Of a stretch of DNA of 64,000 nucleotides, positions 43,351 to 58,340 are shown piece by piece. The notes under the pieces are model-generated. The model was not told the DNA's origin. It made no database searches and worked only from the letters and a program-made list of their open reading frames with translations. A program made the position numbers and the translations under genes. The stretch's first letter is position 1. Every line of letters starts with the position of its first letter. Source of the DNA: the human T2T-CHM13v2.0 reference genome, Homo sapiens; assembly GCF_009914755.1 (NCBI RefSeq), contig NC_060934.1; one strand, written 5' to 3'.

Positions 43351-44845
43351 CCTCAGGTAGGGATCAAGAAAGACATTACACAAAAAATATTAATGAGGAA
43401 TTCATAGTTAAAGCTTTAAGTGATATATAATCTATAAATTTTCTACTTGAGTATGTATTTAAATCTAAAATAAATGCAACAATATAACTTTCTTCTCAAA
43501 ATTAGCAGCAGCTTTATCACATTTGAAGACAAACAGAGTTTGAAGGATATTTGAACATGCAATTAATTTAAATAAGAAAAAAATTTGGCCTTGAAGATAA
43601 AATAAACTCTACAAGTTAAATTAATCTAATACTTTTCCCTTAAGAGTAACACTGGTTGTTAAATCGGTCCTATAAATAATTCCTATTTGTCCAGTATAAA
43701 ACATTACTTGTTCTAAATGAGTGATTAGGAGGTTACAGCCATGATTCACATAAAATGAACTGATGATCACCCACTGGTTTTAAAACAGAACTATTTCTGC
43801 CCTAACTACTACTGGAGGAGTTGCTGATATATTTCCTGTTCTACACCAAGAAACTGAAAATAGGGTATTTCAGGTTGAAAATAGAACCAGAGAACCTAAA
43901 TACAATAATATTTTCCAATAAAATGTCTTTGATTCAAAAGAATAGAAAGCTGAAAGGCCCTTCAAAATATGACACCATTTTTCAAATCAGCTTCCAGCTT
44001 TGTTTACAACTTTATAAATCACATAGTTAACTGAAGTAAAGAAATACTAAAAACTGATAATTTGTGAATAAGCCTTAAGGAAGCAATAAATCCAGAAATG
44101 AAATTAATAAATACATATTTATATTTACATTACCTAAATAACAGGGCTGTTATGGGATGTGTATTCTGGTTTATCAATTCTGTAAAAATCAAAATTTCTA
44201 TGACCAAAGAAGAAAACTTGTTACTTCCAATATTTGAACTGTCATAATTACAGCAGCAGTCTTTCCTATGTGACTCCTGAAGGCAAATGTAGCACCAATG
44301 AATGAAACTGACAGTTATTAGGTTAAGTTTTAATAACCACACTAACAATGAAAATGGCCGTCTATGAAGAAAGTCCTATATTTCTATTACCAGAGAAAAT
44401 CCAGCTGAAGGTACATAACCAATGATTAGATTAAAATTATTTTCAAATGTTCTATTAAATACCAAGACTCTATTGTTCTATTGTGATCCTAGCAAAGGGA
44501 TAAATATTTCCTAGCACTTGGCTAGAACCCATCTTCTCTTATACAACAGATGAAAATGATAACTTTTTGCTGAAATGAATCTAAATTGCTGAAATGAGCT
44601 GTATCAGTATTCCTCAAATATGCAGTTGTACCTGAAGTTAATCATATTGGGTAAAAGAACTGTGTTTCAAAACAAATGTGTGAAAAACCTGAATGTGCAT
44701 AGTTAACAAAATTATTTTTGGTAATTATTTACTAAGGCTGCATAGTTTTATGCTCACTACTTAAAAAAAAAAAAGAAAAAAAGAAAAAAGAAGTGTTAGA
44801 AAAGATCTGGAGATGAAAGTTTCTCTAGCTTGAAATATGATTTTT

Positions 44846-46170
<1,325 letters not shown>

Positions 46171-49100
46171 CTATTTAAATGTTACTTTAAAATAGTTATT
46201 TGAAAGAGTTGCAGCAAGTTCTGAGAATTTACTTGGTAAAATGGGAGTAGAGGCGAGAAGAAATGAGGTATAAAGGAGTAGAACCAGGTTATTAATATCC
46301 CAATGCTCAAATCAATGAATATGAGAAAAAAATAAGCTGCAATAAATAAATAAATAAATAAATGAGAAAGAGAGTGAGAGAGAGAGACCAAAATCACAGA
46401 CTAAGGAATTATTAGGGAGGTATATAGCAATAGCTGGGGGAAAAAACATGAAGTGGGCTGAAAAGGCAGGAAGAAAAGGCCTAACAACTGGTAAACTGAT
46501 CCATTCCTCATTGGTGGTTCAACTGTATAAATAAAAGGGTGGCAGCTTAGCGGGAAAGTACTTAGCAACTCTGTTTACACAGACAATAGAAAGTGCCACT
46601 AGAGTGGCAAATTGAACTGTGCAAGGCCAATTAACCCTTTCACCTTAGTGTTTTATACTAGCTATCTTACTTACTGTGCCTCTGTTAGATCTACACTGAT
46701 AAGTGTTAGGACCAAATGCAATTATAAATCATTGTTACATGTATTGATGAATTCTGCAAATTCCATGAAGCACATTAATTTTACTTAGTGTTCTGAATAC
46801 CTTCTTTGCTGCTCTCATCTGGTTTTAATTAAGAAACACTTTCAAAGGAAGAGAGGTTATCCAGAAACTCAAACTACACATGTCCTTCATTAAACTATGA
46901 ATTGATTACTATTCAACTTTTTTGGCCTAAAGGTTTTTTTAAAAAGTTAGATTCACCTCAAGTTTCTTCTAGATAAATTATGGGAAAATTAGGGAAAGAG
47001 TAACATATTTAGATGGGCAAAAATATAATAGGGAAATCTTAAAATGCACTGAAGAGGTCCATAAATTAGCTGCTGCATAAGCAGCTTTATCTATATTACA
47101 GTTTATTACTTTTAAGAGAAACTTTGAATCTTGAAGGACCATACAATAAGATTTTTTTTCAAAAGACAGTAATAGATTTATTGCTGGAAACTGTATTCAT
47201 CTTCCTGATTCCAAAATACAGTCATGTATCTTCTTTATCCATATTTGAGAACCAGGATCAAATTTTTACATAGCCTACAAAATCTAGAAAAGTATATACC
47301 AACCAGGCATGCAACATTTGGTAATGAACATATTGTAAAATGTTGGCATATGTAAAAGGCTTTGATTCTATGAGGTAGGGCCAATAATAAAAGCATGTGA
47401 TTGTTCAGTCGTAAACTAAGGCAATCCATACAAACATTTATTAACTGTTACACTGTCTTTTCCCTACTACCCACAGGTCCTGAAAGTACCAACATCATCC
47501 CACTGTCATCTGAAATTACATGCCACATCTTCTTCTGGCCAGTTATTTGTCACTGAATCTTTGTAGTAATAATTCCTAAGACGCTAGTCAAATAATAGGA
47601 AAATGCCAACAGACCATATTAGTGGGGGAGAGTTAAAAGGAATATGTACATACTGTATTTCTTAACCCATCAAAAATCAACAGAAGTCTGAAAAGGTTAC
47701 CCTTGCATTTTAGGAGTAAGCGATGTTTTCCAGTTCTGTTTTTTTTCTCAGCTCTTCCCACTAAGCAACAAAACGCAAACGAGCTAGAGAATTCTGCCTT
47801 CCTTATGCTACAGAGGCTATGTTTAATGACTCCTGTGGCCATGTTAAAATCAGTGGAGGAAGAGACAAACACTGCAGCTTCTGCCTTTCTCTAAGTCTTC
47901 TTGAATGCCGCCGGCCCACCCACTAGGCTCCCCTATTTCTCTTTTCTTCCGTAACAACAACAGCACAAACATTGCAAAAGCAACCAATCAAAACAAGTAG
48001 CATCAGTAAAGGGGCAATGGGGCCAATGGTAAGCAACAGAAGCAAAAAGCAGTGACAGTCTCCAATTTGCTCTCATCAATGAGTCAGAGCATACTAAGGC
48101 TTCTTTGTACGTAGGTAGAGAACATGGTGGACACTCACACTGCTGGCCTCTTACTCTCCCGGCAATTCTCACAAACACAAAAGTAGAATCCTAGGACTCA
48201 GTACTTAAATACCAGAACAACATTCAAGACCTTATCTTAGCAATTTTTTAAAAAGAAAACTACCACACTTAAGAAATGAAAAAAACACACACACACACAC
48301 AAAATGACTATGCAAGTAAACTTTTATTATGTAGCTAAAAGCTGCAATTTAGATAGTCTAATTAATCTACAAAGCTCAGTTTCTATAAAACAACTATTAG
48401 CAGGTTTTCTTCAAGAATTTACTCCTTATTTTGTAGACATCCACGTGAACTAAAATATGAATCAAAATAACAACTCTAAAGGAGAAATAATTTCCCAAAG
48501 TAGTAATTACTAACTAAACCCAAGAAAAGACTTGTGTGGCTTAAAGAAGTACAGATATCTCTCTATTTATAGGCTGAACACCCTAATTCCAGAAGCCAAT
48601 TTTGAACTTGAGTTTAGAATTGATTCCCAGTGCAGGGGACCAAAATATACATGCCCAGGCGCCAACAGTCAATTATTAAGCTTTTTTCACATTAAATAAA
48701 AGAAAAACATCTTAACACATCCAATACATATTTAAGTTAAGAGTCAGGAGGCTTATGTTATAGTGCAACCCTGCATATGAACATTATATTATTTTAAATC
48801 CCCACTTCCCCACCTGGATAGTGAGGGTTCCTAATCAGTGTTTTCTCTCTTTTGGAAAGCTGATGTGATTGTCTAATATAAAAATTCTTTGAAAAACCTA
48901 CAGAAAAATAATAAGTAAATTTCTTTTCAAAGTGACAAGGGAAAAAAAATCTATGCCCAAGATATTTTTCTACATTTGTACATCAAACCAATATTTAGAT
49001 GATATTTAACAGCAAAAAGTTTTTTAACAATAAGAATGTCTGTTTTTTATATAGGAGCATTTGACTTATTTTGTAATTTAGATAAGCTTCAATAGTTTCT

Positions 49101-50894
49101 CTTCCTAAAGCTCTTTCACTCCTCACAAGTTCTTCCATCTATCTCATTCCTCATCATCCAAATATATATAGATTTTTCTTAACTTTTTAAATAGGTAATA
49201 CAATATTCAAAAAGTACTTATGAACATAAAAGTTCCTGGCAACCAGTCACCCAGAAGCACATCTCCATCAAGAGGGAAATTTGAACAGAGGGAGAGAGAA
49301 ACATGCAACAACATGCAAACTCTTTAAGAATTTCCATTATTTCTTGAAGCAACATTTTGTAGAACTAATACACTGATAAAGTATAGAATTTGAAAGCCTC
49401 TCCTTTCAGTAAAGTGGGAAAGTCGATTAGCAAGTGAAAAGATTGGCTCAGAACCTAGTAAGACAGGGGTCAGCAATTTCTTAAGCTTGAAGTGCTTTCA
49501 GTAAAGCCAGACAATGCTAGGGAATAGCACACACAGGCCTAGTATTTACAGACAACATGTGGCAGTCTATCAGTTGATTACATTTTGTCTTCCAATACTA
49601 TCAAATTATTTCCTGTATGTAAAAGGCAGGAATCCTACATTTCTGTCAAAGATTCCACAAAACCTGGCAGTGCTAGTGACTACTAAAGTAGATGAAGAAG
49701 TAGAATGAGTCACAGGAAAAAGAGGGAAAAGACTGGAAACATACACAAACTTCCCACAAGAGCTGATACAAGACCCAAGAATCCTAAGGTAAAAATACTT
49801 TTAAAAACTGTATCATGAAGCCACCATTTATTCAGAGTCTGTAAATTCAGTAAGTGATATGTTTATACAATGTTATCAGAAACATCTAAGGCTATAAAAA
49901 ATACATATATAGGAAATACCGACTCTGGCTAAACACACTGTCACTGAGGTGTAATCGGTTACTCAGATTATTACAGATTAATTACCTCTATGACTTTTTT
50001 AATTTGAATGATCTTATATACAATTAGTAAACAGCGGAATGATATTCTTATAATGCAGAGTTAGGTATGTAAGTTCGACTTGATTTTTTTTTCCCCTGGC
50101 ACATTCATTTTTTTTTAATGATCCAAGATAAGTTTTCTTGCATTTAAAGACAAAACCTTAGTAAAATATGAAGATCTTTTAAAAAAAACCAGCTAGAAAT
50201 CTATTAGACGTGCCTTCTATTAATATAAGTAGTAGCTGGTTTTGTGGCTTCAAGAACTTCTATGGTTTCTACTATGTAAAGCTATCTGATCAATCTCTGA
50301 GTGCAGCTCAAGAAGCTGCAAAGACATTTCCTTCATTTTCAAAAGGGCTCTTATCTGAATCATATGTATTTTTATTCAACTGATCTAAAGAATCTATATC
50401 CCAAATAAGGAAGCATGAGAACAAGGGTTTAAAGGATTTTAAGAACTATGATGCCAGGTTAAAATGCTAGAGGAGATTTAATTGATTTTTTAAAGTATTA
50501 TTATTTTCATGAGTGCTTATAAGGTTCCACAGATTTTGAACGCTGTACCTCAACCCTATTTTTCCCATAGGTACTGTTATTTTTAGGGTGTGACTTTGCA
50601 GAATATGAAGCCATATATGGTTTTACAGTGGGAATACATGTACTTGGATCTGGTCTACCTGGATAAAGTAAGAAATAATGGAAAGTAAACTAAAGACAGA
50701 ATACCTGTAAAGGAGATATCCTTATTTATAATTTTTCTTTTTTTTTTTTTCACCATGGCTTTACCTTCTGCAAGTCAATCCGGCTAAGGTACAATGGATA
50801 AAACGATTATCAAGCTTCTCTTTCTTACCTACCCACAGCAAACTTTGTTCCAGGCCTTTGACACCTTCATTGTTTTTGATAATAATCAAAGCTT

Positions 50895-50983
50895 TCTGCT
50901 CCTATGACTTTTGCAGTCATATGTCAAAACTGCATATGTCTGCTCCTATGACTTTTGCAGTCAAAAGTCCTATGACTTTTGCA
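50895..50983. repeat. Complex micro-repeat (25-bp unit x2 plus a partial third copy)
   Basis: tctgctcctatgacttttgcagtca at 50895-50919 and 50939-50963; tcctatgacttttgca at 50968-50983. Confidence 0.9.
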
Positions 50984-51274
50984 TTCTGCTTATTATGAAT
51001 CCTGTTCAGAGTTTATTTTTGTCTTGTTCCCCAGCTTATTTTTCCAGAATCAAAACATTAACAGAGTTGCGGGGCTGGAAAGTCCTTAGGTTATCTAGTC
51101 TAACTTTACACTATTCTATATTATTAGCTACAAATATCTACTGACCACAGGGCTAAACAAGTGCTAGAAATGGCAGTGAACAAAAACAGGCACAAAATCC
51201 AGATATTGAACAAACTATATACACATATACACACATATATTTCCTAGTTCTGTCCATTAAGAAGTAATTTCCTA

Positions 51275-51815
51275 CAAAGAAATTAACAAAGAGAAAATAG
51301 TAATTTTACGGTGGAGAAACCTGGCAGACACTTAACCAAATGATCAAAGTTAACATCATCTGTGATGAGATATATGGATATCATGTGCCTCCTGATACAA
51401 TACACTGAAAAGGGCACACCACTTCCATAGTATTTATAACAAACATGCATAGTTTGAATTTAATCATGAGGAAATATTAGACAAACCCAAACTGTGGGAC
51501 ACTTTAAAATATAACTGTCCAATATTCTCCAAAAGTGTCAAGGTCAAGAAAGACTGAGGAACTGTCCCAGAGTGGACATAAATGAGATAAAACAACTAAA
51601 TGTGTGATTCTGCACCAGGAAAAGGATGTTAATGGGACAGCTGGAAAATCTGAATAACATCTGTAGATAACACTGTAACAGTGTTAATGTCCTGGTTTTT
51701 ATCAATTTATTAAGGTTACATCTGAGAAAGCCAGGTGAAAGGTATATGAGAACTGTATTATTTTTGCCACCTTTTGTTAAGCCTAAAATTATTTCAAAAT
51801 GAAAAATTATACATA
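51275..51815 (+). mobile_element. L1MC 3' region
   Basis: gtaattttacggtggagaaacctggcagacacttaaccaaatgatcaaagttaacatca. Confidence 0.8.
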
Positions 51816-52539
51816 AAAAGTTTTAAAATATATTTCTTAAGTCTAATATTTGAAGTCAGTGATCACATATTTCCTTAGCCTTTCCTTTTCAGACTAAATG
51901 TGTTCTTCTTTTTGGGCAAGATTCCCAGAAACCCTACTGTATTTGTAGCTCCCCTTAAAAAAAAATTCAGTTTGTTAATATTCCTCCTTAAGTGTGGTAC
52001 CAGGAGTGTTTATAATACATTGATGGAGATTGCATTAAATTTCTCATTTTCTGTGATCAAGTCACTCTCTGTTTCTATGTTTATTAATGCAAATTAGAGT
52101 TGAATTTTAAAAGCAGATGCATAATGCTGTTGGCCTAATTCAGCATGTAAACAACTAAAACCTGAGTGTTCATCTTTACTGAAGTCAAACCAGATCTCCC
52201 CGTTTTATATTTGTGCAAATGATTTTCTCAAGCAAAATGTAGAATTACATTTTTCCCTGATTACTTCCATCCTTTCAACTCATAGTTTACGATGGTATGG
52301 AGACCAGTTAGATTATTCTGAATGATAATTCTATCATTTACTCACTTGGCATGTATTCAGCACATACCATTTGCGGTGTACTATAAATTAAGAATCTATT
52401 AAAAATTTGCCATGGAATTGAGAGCAGTCATATCTGATTGGAAGAGCAAGCAATGGAGAAAATCTTTAATAATGGGATTAAATTTGGGCTGGGCCTTTAA
52501 GAATAGGTAACATTTAAATAGTAAGAAACAATTACAAAA

Positions 52540-52698
52540 TAACAGTTATGATCTTTGAGCCTAACAGATAAGCTCCACAAGTTGTTAGTTTTCTGAGACT
52601 GGGCAAGTCTCTGAAATTCAATTTCCTCATTTGTAAAATGGGGAAAAAATGCCTTACTAAGTAGGGCTGTTTTAAAGATTACATGAGATAATATGTGT
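52540..52698 (+). mobile_element. MIR
   Basis: ctgggcaagtc...tttcctcatttgtaaaatgggg...gattacatgagataat. Confidence 0.75.
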
Positions 52699-52780
52699 AT
52701 TCAAAAACAGCCTTTTCAGCAGACGGTGCCAGGAAAACTGGATATCTGCATGCAAAAGAATAAAATTGAACCCTTACCTT

Positions 52781-53251
52781 TAACAAAGACTGTCTCCTTG
52801 ACTAAACTCTAGTCAGGCTCCTCTAAACCATCTTCACAGCTAGGCCTCAACCTTTGAACTTCTATCTCCTCCTTTGCATCGTCCAATTTTAGCAAGAATT
52901 CTGCTAAGAGAGTTAAGCCAGAAACCCTACCATTGATATCCGATCACCCTCAATATATCTGACCAAATTCCTCATTCCCCACCAACCCCCAGGCGATACC
53001 TGATTACCTTGGCCTGCCTTTGGCAAAAACCTTGTCAAATTGGTTTCACCAGAGACCCCCTTAACTCTGATGTTTCCTCTAATCTTCCATCCACTGACCC
53101 TGTTCCTTGGCTATAAATCTCCACTTTCCATGTTGTATTCAGAATTAAGCTTCATTCTGTAACGAAGTCTCTTTTCTCCTACTGCAACTGTTCCTGATTA
53201 AAATTTGCTTTTACTGCTTTAACTACTGTCAGGCTCTACTTTTCTTTGACG
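52781..53251 (+). mobile_element. MER31-family ERV1 solo LTR
   Basis: acaaagactgtctccttgactaaactctagtcaggctcctct...ttttctttgac; TSD cctt/cctc. Confidence 0.82.
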
Positions 53252-53880
53252 CCTCACATCATATATATAAATTGACTTAAAAATAGATCAAGGACTAACA
53301 TAGGAGTTAAAACTATACAACTCTTAGAAGAAAATATATGGGAAAAAACTTCATGATATTAGATTTGGTGATGATTTTTTGATATGACAGAGGTACAGGC
53401 AAAAAAAAGAAAAAAATAATAAATTGGACCTCATCAAAATGAAAACCTTTTGTGCATCAAAGGACACTAGTAAGAGAGTAAATAAACAACCCACAGAATG
53501 GGAGAAAATATTTGCTAATTATATATCTGATAGATTAATATCCAGAATATATGAATAACTCCTACAACCAACAACAAAAAAATCCAATTAAAAGTGGACA
53601 AAGGACTTCAACAGACATTTCACCAAAGAAGACAAATGACCAATAACCCACATGAAAAGATGCTCAATAACAGTAGTCACTAGGGAAATGCAAATCAAAA
53701 CCACAACAGTTACTACCTCTCACCTATTAGGATAGCTATCATAAAAAAAAAAAAAAAGTAAAAACTAAGTACTGACGAGGATGTGGAGAAATTAGAACTC
53801 TTGTACATTGCTGGTAGGAATGTAAAATGGCACAGCAGCTATGAAAAACAATTTGGTGGTTCCTCAAAAAGTTAAATACT

Positions 53881-54193
<313 letters not shown>

Positions 54194-54467
54194 TCATAGC
54201 AGCATTATTCACAATAGCCAAAGCTGAAAACCTAAATGTCCAAAAATAGATAAACGGATAAATAAAAGTGGTATATACACGCAATGGAATATTATTCAGC
54301 CTTAAAAAAGAATGAAAATTTGAGATATACTACAACATGAATGAAACCTGAAGACATTATGAAGACAAGTGAAATAAGCCAGACACAAAAGGGCAAATAT
54401 TATATGACTCCATTTATATCTAGTGCTTATAACAGGCAAATTCAAGAGTAAGCAAGTAGATTAGAGG

Positions 54468-54780
<313 letters not shown>

Positions 54781-55229
54781 TTACCAGGAGCTGGTGGGGA
54801 GGAAAGAACGGTAAGTTGTTTAATCGGTGCAGAGTTTCTGTTTGGGATGACGGAAAAGTATTAGAAATGAATAATGAAGATGGTTGCACAATGTTGTGAA
54901 TGTACTTAGTGTCACTGGTTTTTATACTTTAAAGCAGTTAAAATGGTAAATTTTACATTATGTATATTTTACTACAATAAAAAACAAAAAAGCAGTTTAC
55001 ATACTGTACTCACAACTCACATAAGGAGTCAAAAGAAATTTTAGGTGCAGTTAACAGTATGAGCAGTTACTGAGGCCAATAAAAAAGATATATGAAGATT
55101 AAAAACCTGAAATTCTATAGACAAAAATATCAAAAGTGGTTTTCTTCTAATGTTTTTAAATTTACTTTTTCTTTGCTTTTACATAAAAAATTTTAATAGA
55201 AAAATTACTTAAAGAACAACCCCTCATAC

Positions 55230-55660
55230 AGGTAGGTAAGAACGGTATATCAGAAACTGGCTGCTTATAAACAGAGACCCCAAATAACAGCTTAAAAAAT
55301 GATAGAAGTCTATTTTTCTCTTACATACAAGAAGAATAGAAGTAAAGCAGTTCCAGGGGCAGTTATGGTCACAAGGACCCAGGCCACTACTATGTCTCTC
55401 CTCTTAGCTTCTGAAGGTCACTTCAAGTTGCAAGATATCTGGTACAGTAGCTACATACATCTCATCCAATCCCAGTGAACAGAAAAGAAGGAATAAACAA
55501 GGGTAAAATGGTGTGTCACCCTTTAAGAGCTTTACCAGAAGCCCAACCCATGTCTTCTGCTCATCTGCCACCACTACCTGTAAAGAAGGCAGAAAAATGT
55601 ACTTTTTAAACCCCAATATCCAATAACATAGGAGTTCTACTAAAAGGAGAATGGATAGGT
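55230..55660 (-). mobile_element. Old MLT1-type LTR
   Basis: ctgcttataaacagagaccccaaataacagcttaaa...agaagtctatttttctc. Confidence 0.55.
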
Positions 55661-56041
55661 GATTAGTCTGCCATATATATTTAAAATCATTTTTTCTTCT
55701 GAAATTTCAGCTTTCAGCATTATTATTTGGGAACTTTTCTAGAAAGTATAAAATCTAATCAAAAGACATAAACATATTAACAAGTCTTTAAGACACTGTA
55801 CACTAAAGAAATTACATTTTAATGAATATCAAAACTAAAAACATAGTGAGACCAAGTTCTGACAGCATAGATGCAACAGTAGAAATAACCTTGTGTACTC
55901 AGTTTACACACAGTTGTGTCTGTGTGTGCATGTGTATGTATGAAGAGGCCAAAGAGTGAAAATGTTTAAATGCTCAGATATATCATAATTCACAATTTAA
56001 GTTCTTTTACAGACTAATCTATCAAATAAGACTCAATTTAG

Positions 56042-56622
<581 letters not shown>

Positions 56623-56970
56623 TAACCGAAATCATACATGTAGTTGTTTTGAGTCTGAATCCTTTCACTTAACATAATGTTCTTGGAATTCATCCATGTT
56701 GTGGTTTATCCCAGAAGTTCTTTCTTTTTCTACCAAATATTAAATAGCATTGCACTGAATGGATACACCACATTTTGTTCATCCATTCAAGGGTGGCTAG
56801 GCATTTGGAATTGTTTCCAATTTTTGGCTAACATTATGAATAATGCTGCAATGAACACTCATGTACAAGTCTTTGTGTGGACAAATATTTTCACTTCTCT
56901 TCTGTGGATACCTAGGAGGAACTGAGATGAATGTTAAGTTTAACTTTTTTATTAAAAAAAAAACTGCCAC

Positions 56971-57250
56971 GGCCGGGCACGGTGGCTCACGCCTGTAATC
57001 CCAGCACTCTGGGAAGCCGAGGCGGGCAGATCACCAGGTCAGGAGATGGAGACCATCCTAGCTAACAGGGTGAAACGCTGTCTCTACTAAAAATACAAAA
57101 AATTAGCCGGGTGTGGTGGCGGGTGCCTGTAGTCCCAGCTACTCGGGAGGCTGAGGCAGGAGAATGGCGTGAACCCGGGAGGCGGAGCTTGCAGTGAGCC
57201 ACTGCACTCCAGCCTGGGTGACAAAGCGAGACTCCATCTCAAAAAAACAA
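56971..57250 (+). mobile_element. AluY with a small right-arm deletion
   Basis: Y diagnostics; TSD aactgccac. Confidence 0.95.
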
Positions 57251-57732
57251 CTGCCACACTGTTTTCCAAAGTAGTTGCATTTTACCTTGCCACCATCGAT
57301 GCATAAGTATTCCAGGTTTTCCACATCCTCACCAGTGCTTTTTACTGTCCTTCATGTTAATTACAGCTATGCTAGTGGGCATAATATGTTATCTCCTTAT
57401 GGATTTAATTTGCATTTCTTTAATAACTACTACTATTGAGTACCTTTTCATGTGCTTATTAGCATTTGTATATCTTCTTGGGTAAGGTGTCTATTCAGAT
57501 AGGTTTTTGGATTCTCTTTATTAGGTTGAGGAAATTACCTTCTATTCCTAGTTTGTTGAGAGTTTTCATCATTAATGAATGTTTGAGTCTTTCAAAAGTT
57601 TTATTCTCTATCTGGGATGATCATATTTTTCGTTCTTTATTCTATAAATATGTAATATTATATTAATCAATTTTTAGGTACTAAACCAACCTTGCATTCC
57701 TGGGATAAATTCCACTTGATCATGGTGTTTAA

Positions 57733-58340
<608 letters not shown>

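Noticed and set aside
46594-46609. CTCF site
   Set aside because: An extra base breaks the core spacing; kept only as a palindrome
47703-47894. 63-aa ORF in non-repeat DNA
   Set aside because: Non-ATG start, no recognisable homology, and a length expected by chance
47984-48080. ER-stress element (CCAAT-N9-CCACG), attractive for an ER co-chaperone gene
   Set aside because: None of the three CCAAT boxes is followed by CCACG at the required spacing
50895-50983. CRISPR-like repeat-spacer array
   Set aside because: Primate DNA, only 2-3 units, unequal spacers derived from the repeat itself, and no cas genes
55573-55602. Recursive splice site (minus strand ttttctgccttctttacag|gtagtg)
   Set aside because: The regenerated donor GTAGTG is weak and lies in an old LTR; other AG|GT candidates near 26250 and 50705 have poor pyrimidine tracts or donors
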